Below, piece by piece: positions 22,727-32,772 of a DNA stretch of 64,000 bases. The DNA is from Spirosoma fluviale (GTDB taxonomy: Bacteria; Bacteroidota; Bacteroidia; Cytophagales; Spirosomataceae). Under the pieces are notes generated by a model. That model did not search any database and was not told the DNA's origin. It saw only the letters and a list, made by a program, of their open reading frames with translations. Numbering within the stretch: position 1 is the first letter of the stretch; every line of letters starts with the position of its first letter. Position numbers and translations under genes: made by a program. The DNA lies in the NCBI GenBank assembly GCA_945866095.1, contig CAMBGA010000002.1, positions 6,734 through 70,733 of the forward strand, given 5' to 3'.

Positions 22727-22793
22727 TGAAAATAATTTGCTAAGGTATATTTCTAACGGTATTCCAATTAACTTTATGAAATAATTTTTTAAT

Positions 22794-24791
22794 ATGGATA
22801 TTAGAAAACGTATGGATGAGCTTATTAATCTAATTAATAAGTATAATGAAGCTTACTATCAAAATAACGAAAGCCTCATATCTGATTTGGCCTTTGATCA
22901 ACTTTTACATGAATTGCAAAAATTGGAAAATGAAAATCCACTTTTTGCATTATCGGATAGCCCGACACAAAAAGTAGGAGGTACCATCACTAAACAATTT
23001 AAAAGTGTAACTCATCGTTTTCCTATGTTATCATTAGGAAATACATACAATGAAAATGACTTAAAGGAATTTGATGCTCGGATAAAAAAAGCATTAGGCG
23101 ACGAGAAGTATGAATATATCTGTGAATTAAAATTTGATGGAGTGGCACTCTCATTTTGGTACCAAAATGGAAAATTAATCAAAGGAGTTACCCGTGGAGA
23201 TGGAATTAGGGGTGATGATATTACGAATAATGTTAAAACGATCAAATCGATTCCTCAAACGATTCAAGACCAGAATCTTCCCTCGGAATTTGAATTAAGG
23301 GGAGAAGGTTTTATGCCTAATCATATTTTTGAACAAATTAATCGCGAGCGGTCATTAACAGGTGAGCAATTGTTAGCAAATCCAAGAAATTCAGCATCAG
23401 GTACCTTCAAAATGCAAGATTCATCCATTGTTGCCCAGCGAAATTTGGATTGCTATATATATGCATATTTAGGATTTGACAATCCATTTCAAACACATGA
23501 AGAAAGTTTAACCAAGCTTTTTGATTTAGGTTTTCCAGTAAGCCAAACATGGGAGAAATGTTCTAATATCGATTCTGTTTTAGCCTATATTGAAAAATGG
23601 GCAACAAAACGAAACGATTTGCCCCTGAATACGGATGGAATTGTTATTAAAATTAATGATTATGGCCAACAAGAAAGACTTGGTTTTACCGCCAAATCAC
23701 CAAGGTGGGCCATATCATTTAAATACCCGTCTGAAGTAGCTAAAACTGAGTTATTAAGCATCAGCTATCAAGTAGGACGTACTGGGAACATTACTCCTGT
23801 GGCTAATTTAGCGCCTGTTTATTTAGCCGGAACCATGATAAAACGAGCTTCCATTCACAATGCGAATGAAATGACTCGTTTAGATTTACATGAAGGTGAT
23901 ACCATTTTTGTAGAAAAGGGAGGTGAAATCATACCCAAGATAACAGGTGTGGATATGTCCTTTAGAAATCCAAAAAAGCCTATTTTTATATTCCCAACAA
24001 ACTGTCCTGATTGCCATAGTGAACTAGTTAGGGTAGAAGGTGAAGCTAATCATTATTGCATGAATGATTCATTTTGTCCTACCCAAATCAAAGGTAAAAT
24101 TGAACATTTTATTCAGCGCAAAGCATTAAATATAGAAAATATTGGTGTTGAAACCATCGATTTATTATATGAAAAATCAATTATTAAAGATGTCGGAGAT
24201 TTATATAAACTAACATCCTTTGATTTTTTAGGATTAGATGGTTTCCAATCTAAATCGATTCAAAATATTTTAGGCTCAATTGAAAAATCCAAAACGGTTC
24301 CCTTTAGAAAAGTTTTATTTGGCCTTGGAATTAGGCATGTTGGAGCAACTATTGCAGAAAAATTAGTGATAGAATTTAAGTCAATAAATAATTTGCGAGA
24401 CGCTAGTTATGAAGAATTAATAGCCGTGCCTGAAATAGGAGACAGAATAGCATTAAGTATCAACGCATTTTTTAACCAACCTAATAATATTGATTTAATT
24501 AACCGTTTAGAACAATCTAATGTACAGTTGAGTGAAGATATTTTAGAACTAGCGCAAGAAAGTACAAGTTTAGAAGGTAAAAGTTTCGTAATTTCAGGTG
24601 TTTTTCAGAATTTTGATCGAGATGGTTTAAGGGATAAGATTATTTTGAATGGAGGAAAAGTTGTTTCAAGTATTTCATCAAAATTAGATTTTTTAATTGC
24701 TGGTGATAATATGGGACCATCAAAATTAGAAAAGGCAAATCAATTAGCTATTAAAATTATAACGGAAGAAGAGTTTTTAAACCTTCTATAA
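22794..24791 (+). CDS. ligA: NAD-dependent DNA ligase
   Basis: ELKFDG adenylation motif, NPRN, Zn-finger CPDC...C...C, C-terminal BRCT. Confidence 0.97.
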   Translation: MDIRKRMDELINLINKYNEAYYQNNESLISDLAFDQLLHELQKLENENPLFALSDSPTQKVGGTITKQFKSVTHRFPMLSLGNTYNENDLKEFDARIKKALGDEKYEYICELKFDGVALSFWYQNGKLIKGVTRGDGIRGDDITNNVKTIKSIPQTIQDQNLPSEFELRGEGFMPNHIFEQINRERSLTGEQLLANPRNSASGTFKMQDSSIVAQRNLDCYIYAYLGFDNPFQTHEESLTKLFDLGFPVSQTWEKCSNIDSVLAYIEKWATKRNDLPLNTDGIVIKINDYGQQERLGFTAKSPRWAISFKYPSEVAKTELLSISYQVGRTGNITPVANLAPVYLAGTMIKRASIHNANEMTRLDLHEGDTIFVEKGGEIIPKITGVDMSFRNPKKPIFIFPTNCPDCHSELVRVEGEANHYCMNDSFCPTQIKGKIEHFIQRKALNIENIGVETIDLLYEKSIIKDVGDLYKLTSFDFLGLDGFQSKSIQNILGSIEKSKTVPFRKVLFGLGIRHVGATIAEKLVIEFKSINNLRDASYEELIAVPEIGDRIALSINAFFNQPNNIDLINRLEQSNVQLSEDILELAQESTSLEGKSFVISGVFQNFDRDGLRDKIILNGGKVVSSISSKLDFLIAGDNMGPSKLEKANQLAIKIITEEEFLNLL

Positions 24792-24795
24792 TCAT

Positions 24796-25692
24796 ATGCA
24801 AGTGACTAAATTACCTAAATTTCATGGAGTGGCTCCAGCGTTGGTGACGCCTATGTTTCAAGATAGAAGTATTGATTGGAAAGCTCTCAGTACTTTAATT
24901 AACCATGTTAGTCAAGGTGGAGTAGATTATTTAGTCGTTCAAGGAACTACTGGTGAATCTGCAACTACCACATCTGATGAGAAGAAAAAAATAATTGAGA
25001 CCATAAAAGAATCCAATGCATATCAGTTGCCAATCGTTTATGGAATCGGTGGAAATGACACAGAATCTTTACTAACACAAATCAAAAACACCACTTTTGA
25101 TGGCATTGATGCTATTCTGTCAGTGGCTCCTTATTATAACAAACCTAGTTCTAGAGGAATAAAAGAACATTTTTATGCGATAGCTGATGCTTGTCCTGTT
25201 CCGGTAATTTTATATAATATTCCTGGTAGAACTGGAATCAATGTATCTCCCGAAACAGTATTAGCCTTAGCAGAACATTCGAATATTATAGGGATTAAAG
25301 AAGCTTCTTGCATTATCGAACAGTGTATTGAAATTGCTTTTCATAAGCCTAATGATTTTTTATTAATATCGGGAGACGATGTTCAAGCCGTTCCCATCAT
25401 TTCGATTGGTGGAGTAGGGGTTATGTCGGTCATAGCTAATGCACTACCCAATATATTCTCTGAAATGATTCATCATGCTTTAAAAGGAGATTTTGTTTCA
25501 GCTCAAAAAATATTAGGTCATTTTTTAGCTATAGATTCGTATTTATATGAAGAAGGTAATCCTGTAGGAGTTAAATTAATATTAGAACATTTGGGTTTAA
25601 TGGAATCTCAAGTAAGAAGGCCATTAGCTTCTGGATCTAATGAATTGAAAATCAATTTAGTTAATCGTTGTAAACAAGAAAAATTAATTTAA
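24796..25692 (+). CDS. dapA: 4-hydroxy-tetrahydrodipicolinate synthase
   Basis: GTTGES, PYYNKP, LYNIPGRTG, GIKEAS, SGDD. Confidence 0.93.
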   Translation: MQVTKLPKFHGVAPALVTPMFQDRSIDWKALSTLINHVSQGGVDYLVVQGTTGESATTTSDEKKKIIETIKESNAYQLPIVYGIGGNDTESLLTQIKNTTFDGIDAILSVAPYYNKPSSRGIKEHFYAIADACPVPVILYNIPGRTGINVSPETVLALAEHSNIIGIKEASCIIEQCIEIAFHKPNDFLLISGDDVQAVPIISIGGVGVMSVIANALPNIFSEMIHHALKGDFVSAQKILGHFLAIDSYLYEEGNPVGVKLILEHLGLMESQVRRPLASGSNELKINLVNRCKQEKLI

Positions 25693-25694
25693 AT

Positions 25695-25997
25695 ATGTTT
25701 GTTCACGTAGTAAATTTTTGGTTGAAAAATTCCTTAAACAAGGAGGAAATAAGCTTTTTCGAAAAAGAAGTCAGTTTATTAGCTAAGATAAAAACAATTG
25801 TACATTTTAACGTAGGCGCACCTGCGAATACAGATCGTCCTGTTATAGATCGATCTTATAATTATTGTTTATTAACCACCTTTAATGATGAGGCTGGACA
25901 TGATTTTTATCAAGTAGCTCCAGAACATTTAGAATTCATTAAAAATTGTGCACATCTTTGGGAAAAAGTAATTATTTATGATTCTGAAACCATTTAA
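25695..25997 (+). CDS. Dabb family (stress-responsive A/B barrel) protein
   Basis: FVHVVNFWLK N-terminus and HDFYQVAPEH..F motif, 100 aa. Confidence 0.8.
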   Translation: MFVHVVNFWLKNSLNKEEISFFEKEVSLLAKIKTIVHFNVGAPANTDRPVIDRSYNYCLLTTFNDEAGHDFYQVAPEHLEFIKNCAHLWEKVIIYDSETI

Positions 25998-26439
25998 TTT
26001 TTTAAATTTTATTGCTGTATTGTTAATGATTGGCATTGCTTCATCATGTAAGAATCAATTAAAGCAAAGTACTTATTATAGTCCAAATTTCAAAGATGGT
26101 TCAACGGAAAGACACGATGGCTTAGGTTTTGAAATACCTCGCAAATATGAAATAGATGTTGTTTATTTCAATGAAACTCCAAAACAAAAATTTGAAATTA
26201 TTGAGCCTTTAAGTATTACACAAGAAATTCCACTTGAGGATAAGCAGACTCAAAATGGTAAAATGCTTTATCGAGGTAATCATCAAACTGAAAAACAAAA
26301 TCTACTCAATAAAATGATTGAATCTGCATTAGCATTGGGTGCAGGCGCATTAATTGATGTTAAATATCAAGTTTTCAGCACAAGTACAACAACTGGATAT
26401 ACATTTACTGGTAAAGCGGTTCGTTACGTACTGAAATAA
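25978..26439 (+). CDS. Hypothetical lipoprotein, possibly YbjQ-like fold
   Basis: Lipobox-like IASSC after hydrophobic stretch; KMIESALALGAGALIDVKY...TGKAVR pattern. Confidence 0.6.
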   Translation: MILKPFNFLNFIAVLLMIGIASSCKNQLKQSTYYSPNFKDGSTERHDGLGFEIPRKYEIDVVYFNETPKQKFEIIEPLSITQEIPLEDKQTQNGKMLYRGNHQTEKQNLLNKMIESALALGAGALIDVKYQVFSTSTTTGYTFTGKAVRYVLK

Positions 26440-27829
26440 GGTTTAACACTTCTACATTGGAAATAAGAACTTGTCCTCTGGATTTCAAAAATTCAATTTC
26501 AATATTTTTTATTTTTCTCTGCTTAAACGTTACGATACGTTTATTACCAATCGTCTGACAAATTATTTCTTCTTTTGCCCCATTTTCTTCGGTCAACTTC
26601 ACTTTAAATTGAATTATTCTTTGGCCCATAAATATAGGTTCTTGTATCATTATGGCATTAATTAATTTTGGTGTCTGCAAACTGATATTGATTAAAGGTG
26701 ATTGGTCAGACTTATTAGCCGCCCAAAACGTTTTTGTGTTTTTGTCAATTAATTCTGAAATAGATTTGCCACTATGATTCGATGATGTACTTATTTGATC
26801 GTTTTTAATTAATAAGTTGACAAGTCCCTTATCTCTTAATTGTTTAAAACCAATCATGGATATAGAGTCATTAGGATGAATAAGACCTCTTTTGTCAACA
26901 GGTATATTAAGTAATAAATTAGAATTTCTACCCACAGAAGCCACATAAATTTTCATTAATGAATCTGGTGTTTTGACTTTCGAGTCTTGGTCAGCATGGT
27001 AATACCACCCCGGTCTTATTGAAACATCCACTTCAGGAGAAACCCAGTGAGTACCATTTTCCTGCCCATTGCGGTAAAGATCAAATTTTAGAAACCCTGG
27101 ATAAATCTCATCTCGGTTAATCGGACTCCATGTTTTGTCATAAGCAAAGCCACGCTCATTCCCAACCCAACGAATATTAGGGCCTGAATCTGAAAATTGA
27201 ACAGCATTAGGCTGATATTTTAATACCGTATTATTAAATAAAGGCCAATTATAAATTTGTTTTTTTCCATTTGGACCTTCACCATTTGCACCATCATACC
27301 AAAACTCAAAAATGGGGCCATAATTGGACAATAATTCTTTCTGCATTTCTGCATATATTAAATTATATTTTTCGGTTCCATAATCTGGATGATTTCGGTC
27401 CCAAGGAGATAGATAAATCCCCAGTTTTAGGCTATATTTCTTACACGCTTCGGATAATTCTTTAACAACATCCCCTTTGCCATTCTTCCAGTTTGATTTT
27501 GCTACGGTGTGTTTTGTGAATTTTGAAGGGTATAAAGCAAAACCGTCATGATGTTTAACAGTTAAAATTAAGCCTTTCATACCTGCATTTTTGGCAATAC
27601 TAGCCCATTGATTGCAATCTAAATCCGTTGGATTAAAATTGATAGGATTTTCTTGTCCTTCACCCCATTCCAAATTAGTGAAAGTATTCATGTTAAAATG
27701 AATAAATCCATAATATTCCAATGCCTGCCAATCCACTTGTTTTTTACTCGGTATTGGATTAATTACAGGTATATTTTGAGCAAAAGCTACCCAATTCAAT
27801 AATGAAGAAATAAAAATTATTTTTTTCAT
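26405..27829 (-). CDS. Alpha-L-fucosidase, GH29, exported, with C-terminal F5/8C-like domain
   Basis: FIHFNMNTF, TVKHHDGF, YLSPWDR, WYDGA nucleophile, DVSIRPGWYYH, LLLNIP; signal peptide. Confidence 0.92.
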   Translation of the reverse strand: MKKIIFISSLLNWVAFAQNIPVINPIPSKKQVDWQALEYYGFIHFNMNTFTNLEWGEGQENPINFNPTDLDCNQWASIAKNAGMKGLILTVKHHDGFALYPSKFTKHTVAKSNWKNGKGDVVKELSEACKKYSLKLGIYLSPWDRNHPDYGTEKYNLIYAEMQKELLSNYGPIFEFWYDGANGEGPNGKKQIYNWPLFNNTVLKYQPNAVQFSDSGPNIRWVGNERGFAYDKTWSPINRDEIYPGFLKFDLYRNGQENGTHWVSPEVDVSIRPGWYYHADQDSKVKTPDSLMKIYVASVGRNSNLLLNIPVDKRGLIHPNDSISMIGFKQLRDKGLVNLLIKNDQISTSSNHSGKSISELIDKNTKTFWAANKSDQSPLINISLQTPKLINAIMIQEPIFMGQRIIQFKVKLTEENGAKEEIICQTIGNKRIVTFKQRKIKNIEIEFLKSRGQVLISNVEVLNLISVRNEPLYQ

Positions 27830-27897
27830 TTGGATAAAATAAGAATTGGATTCAATAAGGATGTTTTTAAAATATATTGGATAAAATTAACCCTGTA

Positions 27898-27905
27898 CAA
27901 ATTTA
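27898..27905 (-). promoter_or_regulatory. -7 promoter box for the fucosidase gene
   Basis: TAAATTTG on minus strand in the divergent intergenic region. Confidence 0.55.
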
Positions 27906-27966
27906 AAATTAAAAAAAAGAAGGTATATTGAAAGTGTTTTATCCTTTTAAATAAAAAAATAATCTA

Positions 27967-29313
27967 ATGGCATTACCTACCTATGAAAATGAAAATATAA
28001 TTGAATCTCAATCAACAAAAGTAAACTACCTGATTCCATTTAGTTTAGTTACTAGTTTATTCTTTCTTTGGGGTTTGGCCAATAGTTTAAATGGTACTTT
28101 AGTTAAGCAATTTCAAACTGCACTTGATTTGCAACGCTGGCAAGCCAATATCGTAGAAACTGCATTCTATTTAGGATATTTTATCATGGCACTTCCGGCT
28201 GGATATGTAATGAAAAAGTTAGGATACAAAATGGGGATACTTATTGGACTAGTATTATACGCTGCAGGCGCATTTTTGTTTTATCCTGCTTCAGAAGTTA
28301 GATTATACTCTTTCTTTTTAGCAGCCTTATTTCTAATCGCCAGCGGAATCGCATTTTTAGAAACTGCAGCAAATTTATATGTTACCGTGCTAGGTGATCC
28401 TAAATCAGGAGATTTTAGATTAAATTTTGCACAATCCTTTAATGGAATTAGCATTATTTTAGGGCCTGTCATAGGAGGTTTTTTTATATTTTCTGATAAG
28501 GAATATAGCCGAGAATTATTAAATAGTCTTCCGGTAGCCGAGGCAGAAGCCATTCGCATATCGCAAGCCAATTCAGTTCAGTTGCCATATTTAATCATAG
28601 GCGTAGTTGTAGCAATAGTAGCCGTATTATTTGCCATTACTAAAATGCCTGAAGTATCAGAAACAGCTAATAAAGTAGTCAGTCAAACAAAAATATCAAT
28701 TTCAAGTTTGTTGAAAAATAGACATTTATCGTTGGGGATTATTGCTCAATTTTGTAATGTGGGGGCACAAGTATCATTATGGGGTAATTTTGTCGATTTG
28801 AAAATTGATTTAGCCAGTGATACAAATTTATGGATTGTACAAAAAATATATCAAACCACTAGTTCGATGTCACCCACTCAAATTGCTAGTTTTCATGCAT
28901 CTTTTGCCTTTGTACTTTTTATGTTTGGTCGATTCATTGGCACCTATTTTATGAGTAAAAATGATTCCAATAAAATACTTGGAATTTACTCAATCGGAGC
29001 TGTCATATCGATTCTAATATCAATTTTTGGAGGCGGAGTTTATGCATTAGTGGCATTAATGATGGTTTATTTCTTTCAATCAATTATGTTTCCAACTATA
29101 TTTGCACTAGCATGTAAAGACTTAGGAGAAGGTTCTAAATTAGCTTCTTCTTTAATTATTATGTCAATCGTAGGGGGGGCAATTATTCCACCAATCACAG
29201 CGGCATTATTTAAAGTTAGTACGCCTGTAGCTCTTATAATCCCTTTGCTATGTTTTATATTCATTGTATATTATTCGTACAATGGATATAAGTTGCCTAT
29301 CAAAAAAATATAA
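27967..29313 (+). CDS. fucP: L-fucose:H+ symporter (FHS family MFS)
   Basis: LFFLWG, FLETAANLY, RLNFAQSFNG, SIMFPTIF, IMSIVGGA. Confidence 0.9.
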   Translation: MALPTYENENIIESQSTKVNYLIPFSLVTSLFFLWGLANSLNGTLVKQFQTALDLQRWQANIVETAFYLGYFIMALPAGYVMKKLGYKMGILIGLVLYAAGAFLFYPASEVRLYSFFLAALFLIASGIAFLETAANLYVTVLGDPKSGDFRLNFAQSFNGISIILGPVIGGFFIFSDKEYSRELLNSLPVAEAEAIRISQANSVQLPYLIIGVVVAIVAVLFAITKMPEVSETANKVVSQTKISISSLLKNRHLSLGIIAQFCNVGAQVSLWGNFVDLKIDLASDTNLWIVQKIYQTTSSMSPTQIASFHASFAFVLFMFGRFIGTYFMSKNDSNKILGIYSIGAVISILISIFGGGVYALVALMMVYFFQSIMFPTIFALACKDLGEGSKLASSLIIMSIVGGAIIPPITAALFKVSTPVALIIPLLCFIFIVYYSYNGYKLPIKKI

Positions 29314-29642
29314 TGAAAAAATATATTTTAATTTTAGATTTGGTAAATGATGAAAAATTGATTTCTGAGTACATAGATTACCATAAAGATATACCATTAG
29401 CCATCAAAAACAGTATTTTGGATGCTGGCATTATATCTATGGAAATATATAGGTTTCATGACCGCATGGTTATGGAAATTAAGGCGAATGATGATTTCAG
29501 TTTTGAACATAAAAATGAATTAGATCGTAATAATTCTCAAGTCATAGCTTGGGAAAAACTTATGTCTACTTATCAGAAAAACATTCCAGGATCTCCTGAT
29601 AATGTAAAGTGGGTTTTGGCCGAGAATATTTTTAAATTATAA
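29313..29642 (+). CDS. L-rhamnose/L-fucose mutarotase (RhaM family)
   Basis: LDL...EYIDYH...GIISMEIY...WEKLM..YQ pattern; context. Confidence 0.8.
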   Translation: MKKYILILDLVNDEKLISEYIDYHKDIPLAIKNSILDAGIISMEIYRFHDRMVMEIKANDDFSFEHKNELDRNNSQVIAWEKLMSTYQKNIPGSPDNVKWVLAENIFKL

Positions 29643-31310
29643 ATGATGATTACGAAAAGAAAGACTTTTTTGCAAATTAATGACGATGACAATTTGTTAG
29701 TAGCGTTACAGAATTTGAAAAAAGGAACTGAAATTATTCACAATGGTAACTGTATTATTTTACAAGATGATATTGATGCCAAACATAAATTTACTACTGA
29801 GGCCATTCCAATGAATGGAGAAGCTATCATGTATGGTGTTTTGGTTGGCATAGCCAAACAGGCAATACCTAAAGGAGGTTTAGTTCATACATTTAATTTG
29901 CATCATGCTTCTCAAGAGTTTAAAGGTAAAATCAAAGATTATCATTGGTCTCCACCCAATGTAGATAAATGGAAGCAATTGACATTTAATGGTTTTCATA
30001 GAGCTGATGGCCAAGTAGGTACTCAAAACTTTTGGCTGGTGATACCATTGGTTTTTTGTGAAAACAGAAATATTGAATTGTTGAAAAATGCATTTATCAA
30101 TGGATTAGGTTTTCAAAAAAATGACCCTTTTACAGAGCAGGTAGTTATATTGAAAAACCAAATTCAAAATGGGGAAGAATTAAAACTACCTGATTTTGAC
30201 AAGTCTAAGAAAACGACATTAGTCCACAAAAGTGATTTGTTTAAAAATATAGATGGAATAAAATTTTTAACTCATGAAAGTGGTTGCGGGGAAAATAAAG
30301 AAGAATCGGATAATTTATGTTCTTTGTTGGCAGGTTATTGCAAGAACCCCAATGTAGGAGGGATAACCATATTAAGTTTAGGTTGTCAAAATTCTCAAAT
30401 TAGCTTATTCCAACAAAAATTAAACGAAAAGGATCCTAATTTTTCTAAGCCATTATACATTTTCGAACAGCAACAAGATGAAGGAAGTGGGGTAGAACAA
30501 ATGTTAAGTGAGGTAATTCATAAAACGTTTGAAGGATTAATCGAAATAAATAAATGCCAAAGAGCACCTGCGTCATTATCAAAACTTCGTGTAGGAGTAA
30601 AATGTGGTGGCTCAGATGGGTTTTCGGGTATTTCTGCTAATCCTGCCATTGGACATACCGCTGATTTAATTGTATCGTTGGGAGGAACTGTTATGATTGC
30701 GGAATTCCCTGAACTTTGTGGAGTGGAACAAGAACTTCAAAATAGATCGATAAATAGTCAAGTAGCAGATGATTTTGGTCTAATGATGCGTGAATATGCG
30801 AAAAGAGCTGCAGCAGTAGGTGCTGGTTTTGATATGAATCCATCCCCTGGTAATATTAAAGATGGATTAATTACAGATGCCATAAAGTCTGCTGGCGCTG
30901 CAAAAAAAGCTGGATCTTCACCTATTGTAGATTCTCTTGGTTATGGAAAGTATGTAACAAAAAGTGGTTTAAATTTAGTTTGTACTCCTGGAAATGATGT
31001 TTTAGCAACTACAGGTATGGCTGGTGCTGGTGCTACTATTCAATTATTTACTACAGGTTTAGGAACTCCGACAGGTAATCCTATTTGCCCAATGGTCAAA
31101 TTATCAACCAATACAAGGTTGGCAGAAAAGTTGCCTGAAATAATTGATATAGATTGTGGACCCATCATTTCGGGTGATAAATCCGTAGAAGAAATAGGAG
31201 AAGAGGTTTTAAATTACATCATTAAATTAGCCTCAGGGGAAATTAATACTAAAGCAATGGACTTAGGTCAGGATGATTTTATGTTTTGGAGAAGAGGCGT
31301 TAAATTATAA
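29643..31310 (+). CDS. UxaA/altronate-dehydratase-family sugar-acid dehydratase, probably L-fuconate dehydratase here
   Basis: N-terminal SAF domain, HESGCG, KCGGSDGFSGISANPAIG, FTTGLGTP; substrate from context. Confidence 0.85.
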   Translation: MMITKRKTFLQINDDDNLLVALQNLKKGTEIIHNGNCIILQDDIDAKHKFTTEAIPMNGEAIMYGVLVGIAKQAIPKGGLVHTFNLHHASQEFKGKIKDYHWSPPNVDKWKQLTFNGFHRADGQVGTQNFWLVIPLVFCENRNIELLKNAFINGLGFQKNDPFTEQVVILKNQIQNGEELKLPDFDKSKKTTLVHKSDLFKNIDGIKFLTHESGCGENKEESDNLCSLLAGYCKNPNVGGITILSLGCQNSQISLFQQKLNEKDPNFSKPLYIFEQQQDEGSGVEQMLSEVIHKTFEGLIEINKCQRAPASLSKLRVGVKCGGSDGFSGISANPAIGHTADLIVSLGGTVMIAEFPELCGVEQELQNRSINSQVADDFGLMMREYAKRAAAVGAGFDMNPSPGNIKDGLITDAIKSAGAAKKAGSSPIVDSLGYGKYVTKSGLNLVCTPGNDVLATTGMAGAGATIQLFTTGLGTPTGNPICPMVKLSTNTRLAEKLPEIIDIDCGPIISGDKSVEEIGEEVLNYIIKLASGEINTKAMDLGQDDFMFWRRGVKL

Positions 31311-31319
31311 TATAATGGT

Positions 31320-32087
31320 ATGATTTTTTCATTAAAAAATAAAGTGGTTATTATCACAGGAGGCAGTTCTGGTATCGGAAGAGCTATTTCGATATTATTT
31401 GCACAACAAGGTGCTGAAGTTCATATTTTTGATCTACAAAGTCCATTAAGTGATGAAACTATATCCGAAGTAAAACAATTCAATATAAGTTCCAATTTTC
31501 ATCCGGTGGATATTACCAATGAAACTTTAGTTTTAGATGAAATAAATTCATTAGAAAAAATTGATATTTTAATTAATAATGCAGGGATAGCCCAAATTGG
31601 AAACGTAGAAAATACAAGTTCAGAGGACTTTCAGAAAATCTTTGATGTCAATGTAAAAGGTGCATTCAATTGTATCAAAGCTGTTATTCCGAACATGGTT
31701 TCTCATCAGTCCGGCGTTATATTAAATATGGCATCTGTAGCTTCATCTGTTGGGATTCCTGACCGATTTGGATATTCGATGACTAAAGGAGCTATTAAAT
31801 CCATGACCCAGTCCATCGCCAAAGATTATATTTCAAAAGGGATTAGATGCAATTGTATTTCTCCTGCAAGAGTTCATACGCCTTTTGTGGATGGATTTAT
31901 TGCGAAGAATTATCCAAATAATCAAGATGAGATGTTTAAAAAGCTATCAGCATCTCAACCCATTGGAAGGATGGCTAAACCAATCGAGATAGCTCATTTG
32001 GCATTGTATTTATGCTCAGACGAGGCATCTTTTGCTACAGGTTGCGACTATCCTTTGGATGGTGGATTTTTACACTTAAATAATTAA
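31320..32087 (+). CDS. SDR, probable 2-keto-3-deoxy-L-fuconate dehydrogenase
   Basis: TGGSSGIG, NNAG, DRFGYSMTKGA (YxxxK), QPIGRM; context. Confidence 0.8.
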   Translation: MIFSLKNKVVIITGGSSGIGRAISILFAQQGAEVHIFDLQSPLSDETISEVKQFNISSNFHPVDITNETLVLDEINSLEKIDILINNAGIAQIGNVENTSSEDFQKIFDVNVKGAFNCIKAVIPNMVSHQSGVILNMASVASSVGIPDRFGYSMTKGAIKSMTQSIAKDYISKGIRCNCISPARVHTPFVDGFIAKNYPNNQDEMFKKLSASQPIGRMAKPIEIAHLALYLCSDEASFATGCDYPLDGGFLHLNN

Positions 32088-32092
32088 ATATT

Positions 32093-32767
32093 ATGAAAAC
32101 AAAACTAATTTTTTCCTTACTGTTCGTGTCAACTTTGTTTTCATTCAAAGCTGATAATCCGATTAAAATTTTATTTTTTGGTGATTCTATTACGCAAGCA
32201 GGTATCGGAAAAACCGGCTATATATCTAAAATGGCTGAAATGCTTTCTTCGAAAGGACTATCAGGAAAATATGAATTGATCGGAGCTGGAATTGGAGGCA
32301 ACAAAATTTATGATTTATACTTGCGTCATGAAGAAGATGTGATTGCTAAGAAACCTAATATTGTTGTAATCTATATTGGAATCAATGATGTATGGCATAA
32401 GACATCCTCTAGAACAGGAACCGATTATGATAAATTTGAAAAGTTTTATCATGCTTTAATACAAAGGATTCAACGATCTGGTAGTCAAGTAGTTATTTGT
32501 ACTCCTACTTTGATTGGTGAAAAGTATGATGCTACCAATGAGAACGATGGGGATCTGAATTATTTTTCTACGGTTATAAGAAAAATAGCATTAGATGAAC
32601 ATTGTAAATTGATTGATTTGCGGAGAGCATTTTTAGATTATGAAACAAAATTTAATGCCGAGAATAAAGCTTTGGGCATATTAACATCAGATAGAGTACA
32701 CTTAAATGAAGCTGGAAATGTTTTCTTAGCTGAAGTTATGTGGGACGTTTTAAAAGACCTAAAATAA
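32093..32767 (+). CDS. Exported SGNH/GDSL esterase
   Basis: Signal peptide, FFGDSIT, GIGGN, GIND, DRVH. Confidence 0.88.
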   Translation: MKTKLIFSLLFVSTLFSFKADNPIKILFFGDSITQAGIGKTGYISKMAEMLSSKGLSGKYELIGAGIGGNKIYDLYLRHEEDVIAKKPNIVVIYIGINDVWHKTSSRTGTDYDKFEKFYHALIQRIQRSGSQVVICTPTLIGEKYDATNENDGDLNYFSTVIRKIALDEHCKLIDLRRAFLDYETKFNAENKALGILTSDRVHLNEAGNVFLAEVMWDVLKDLK

Positions 32768-32772
32768 AAAAA

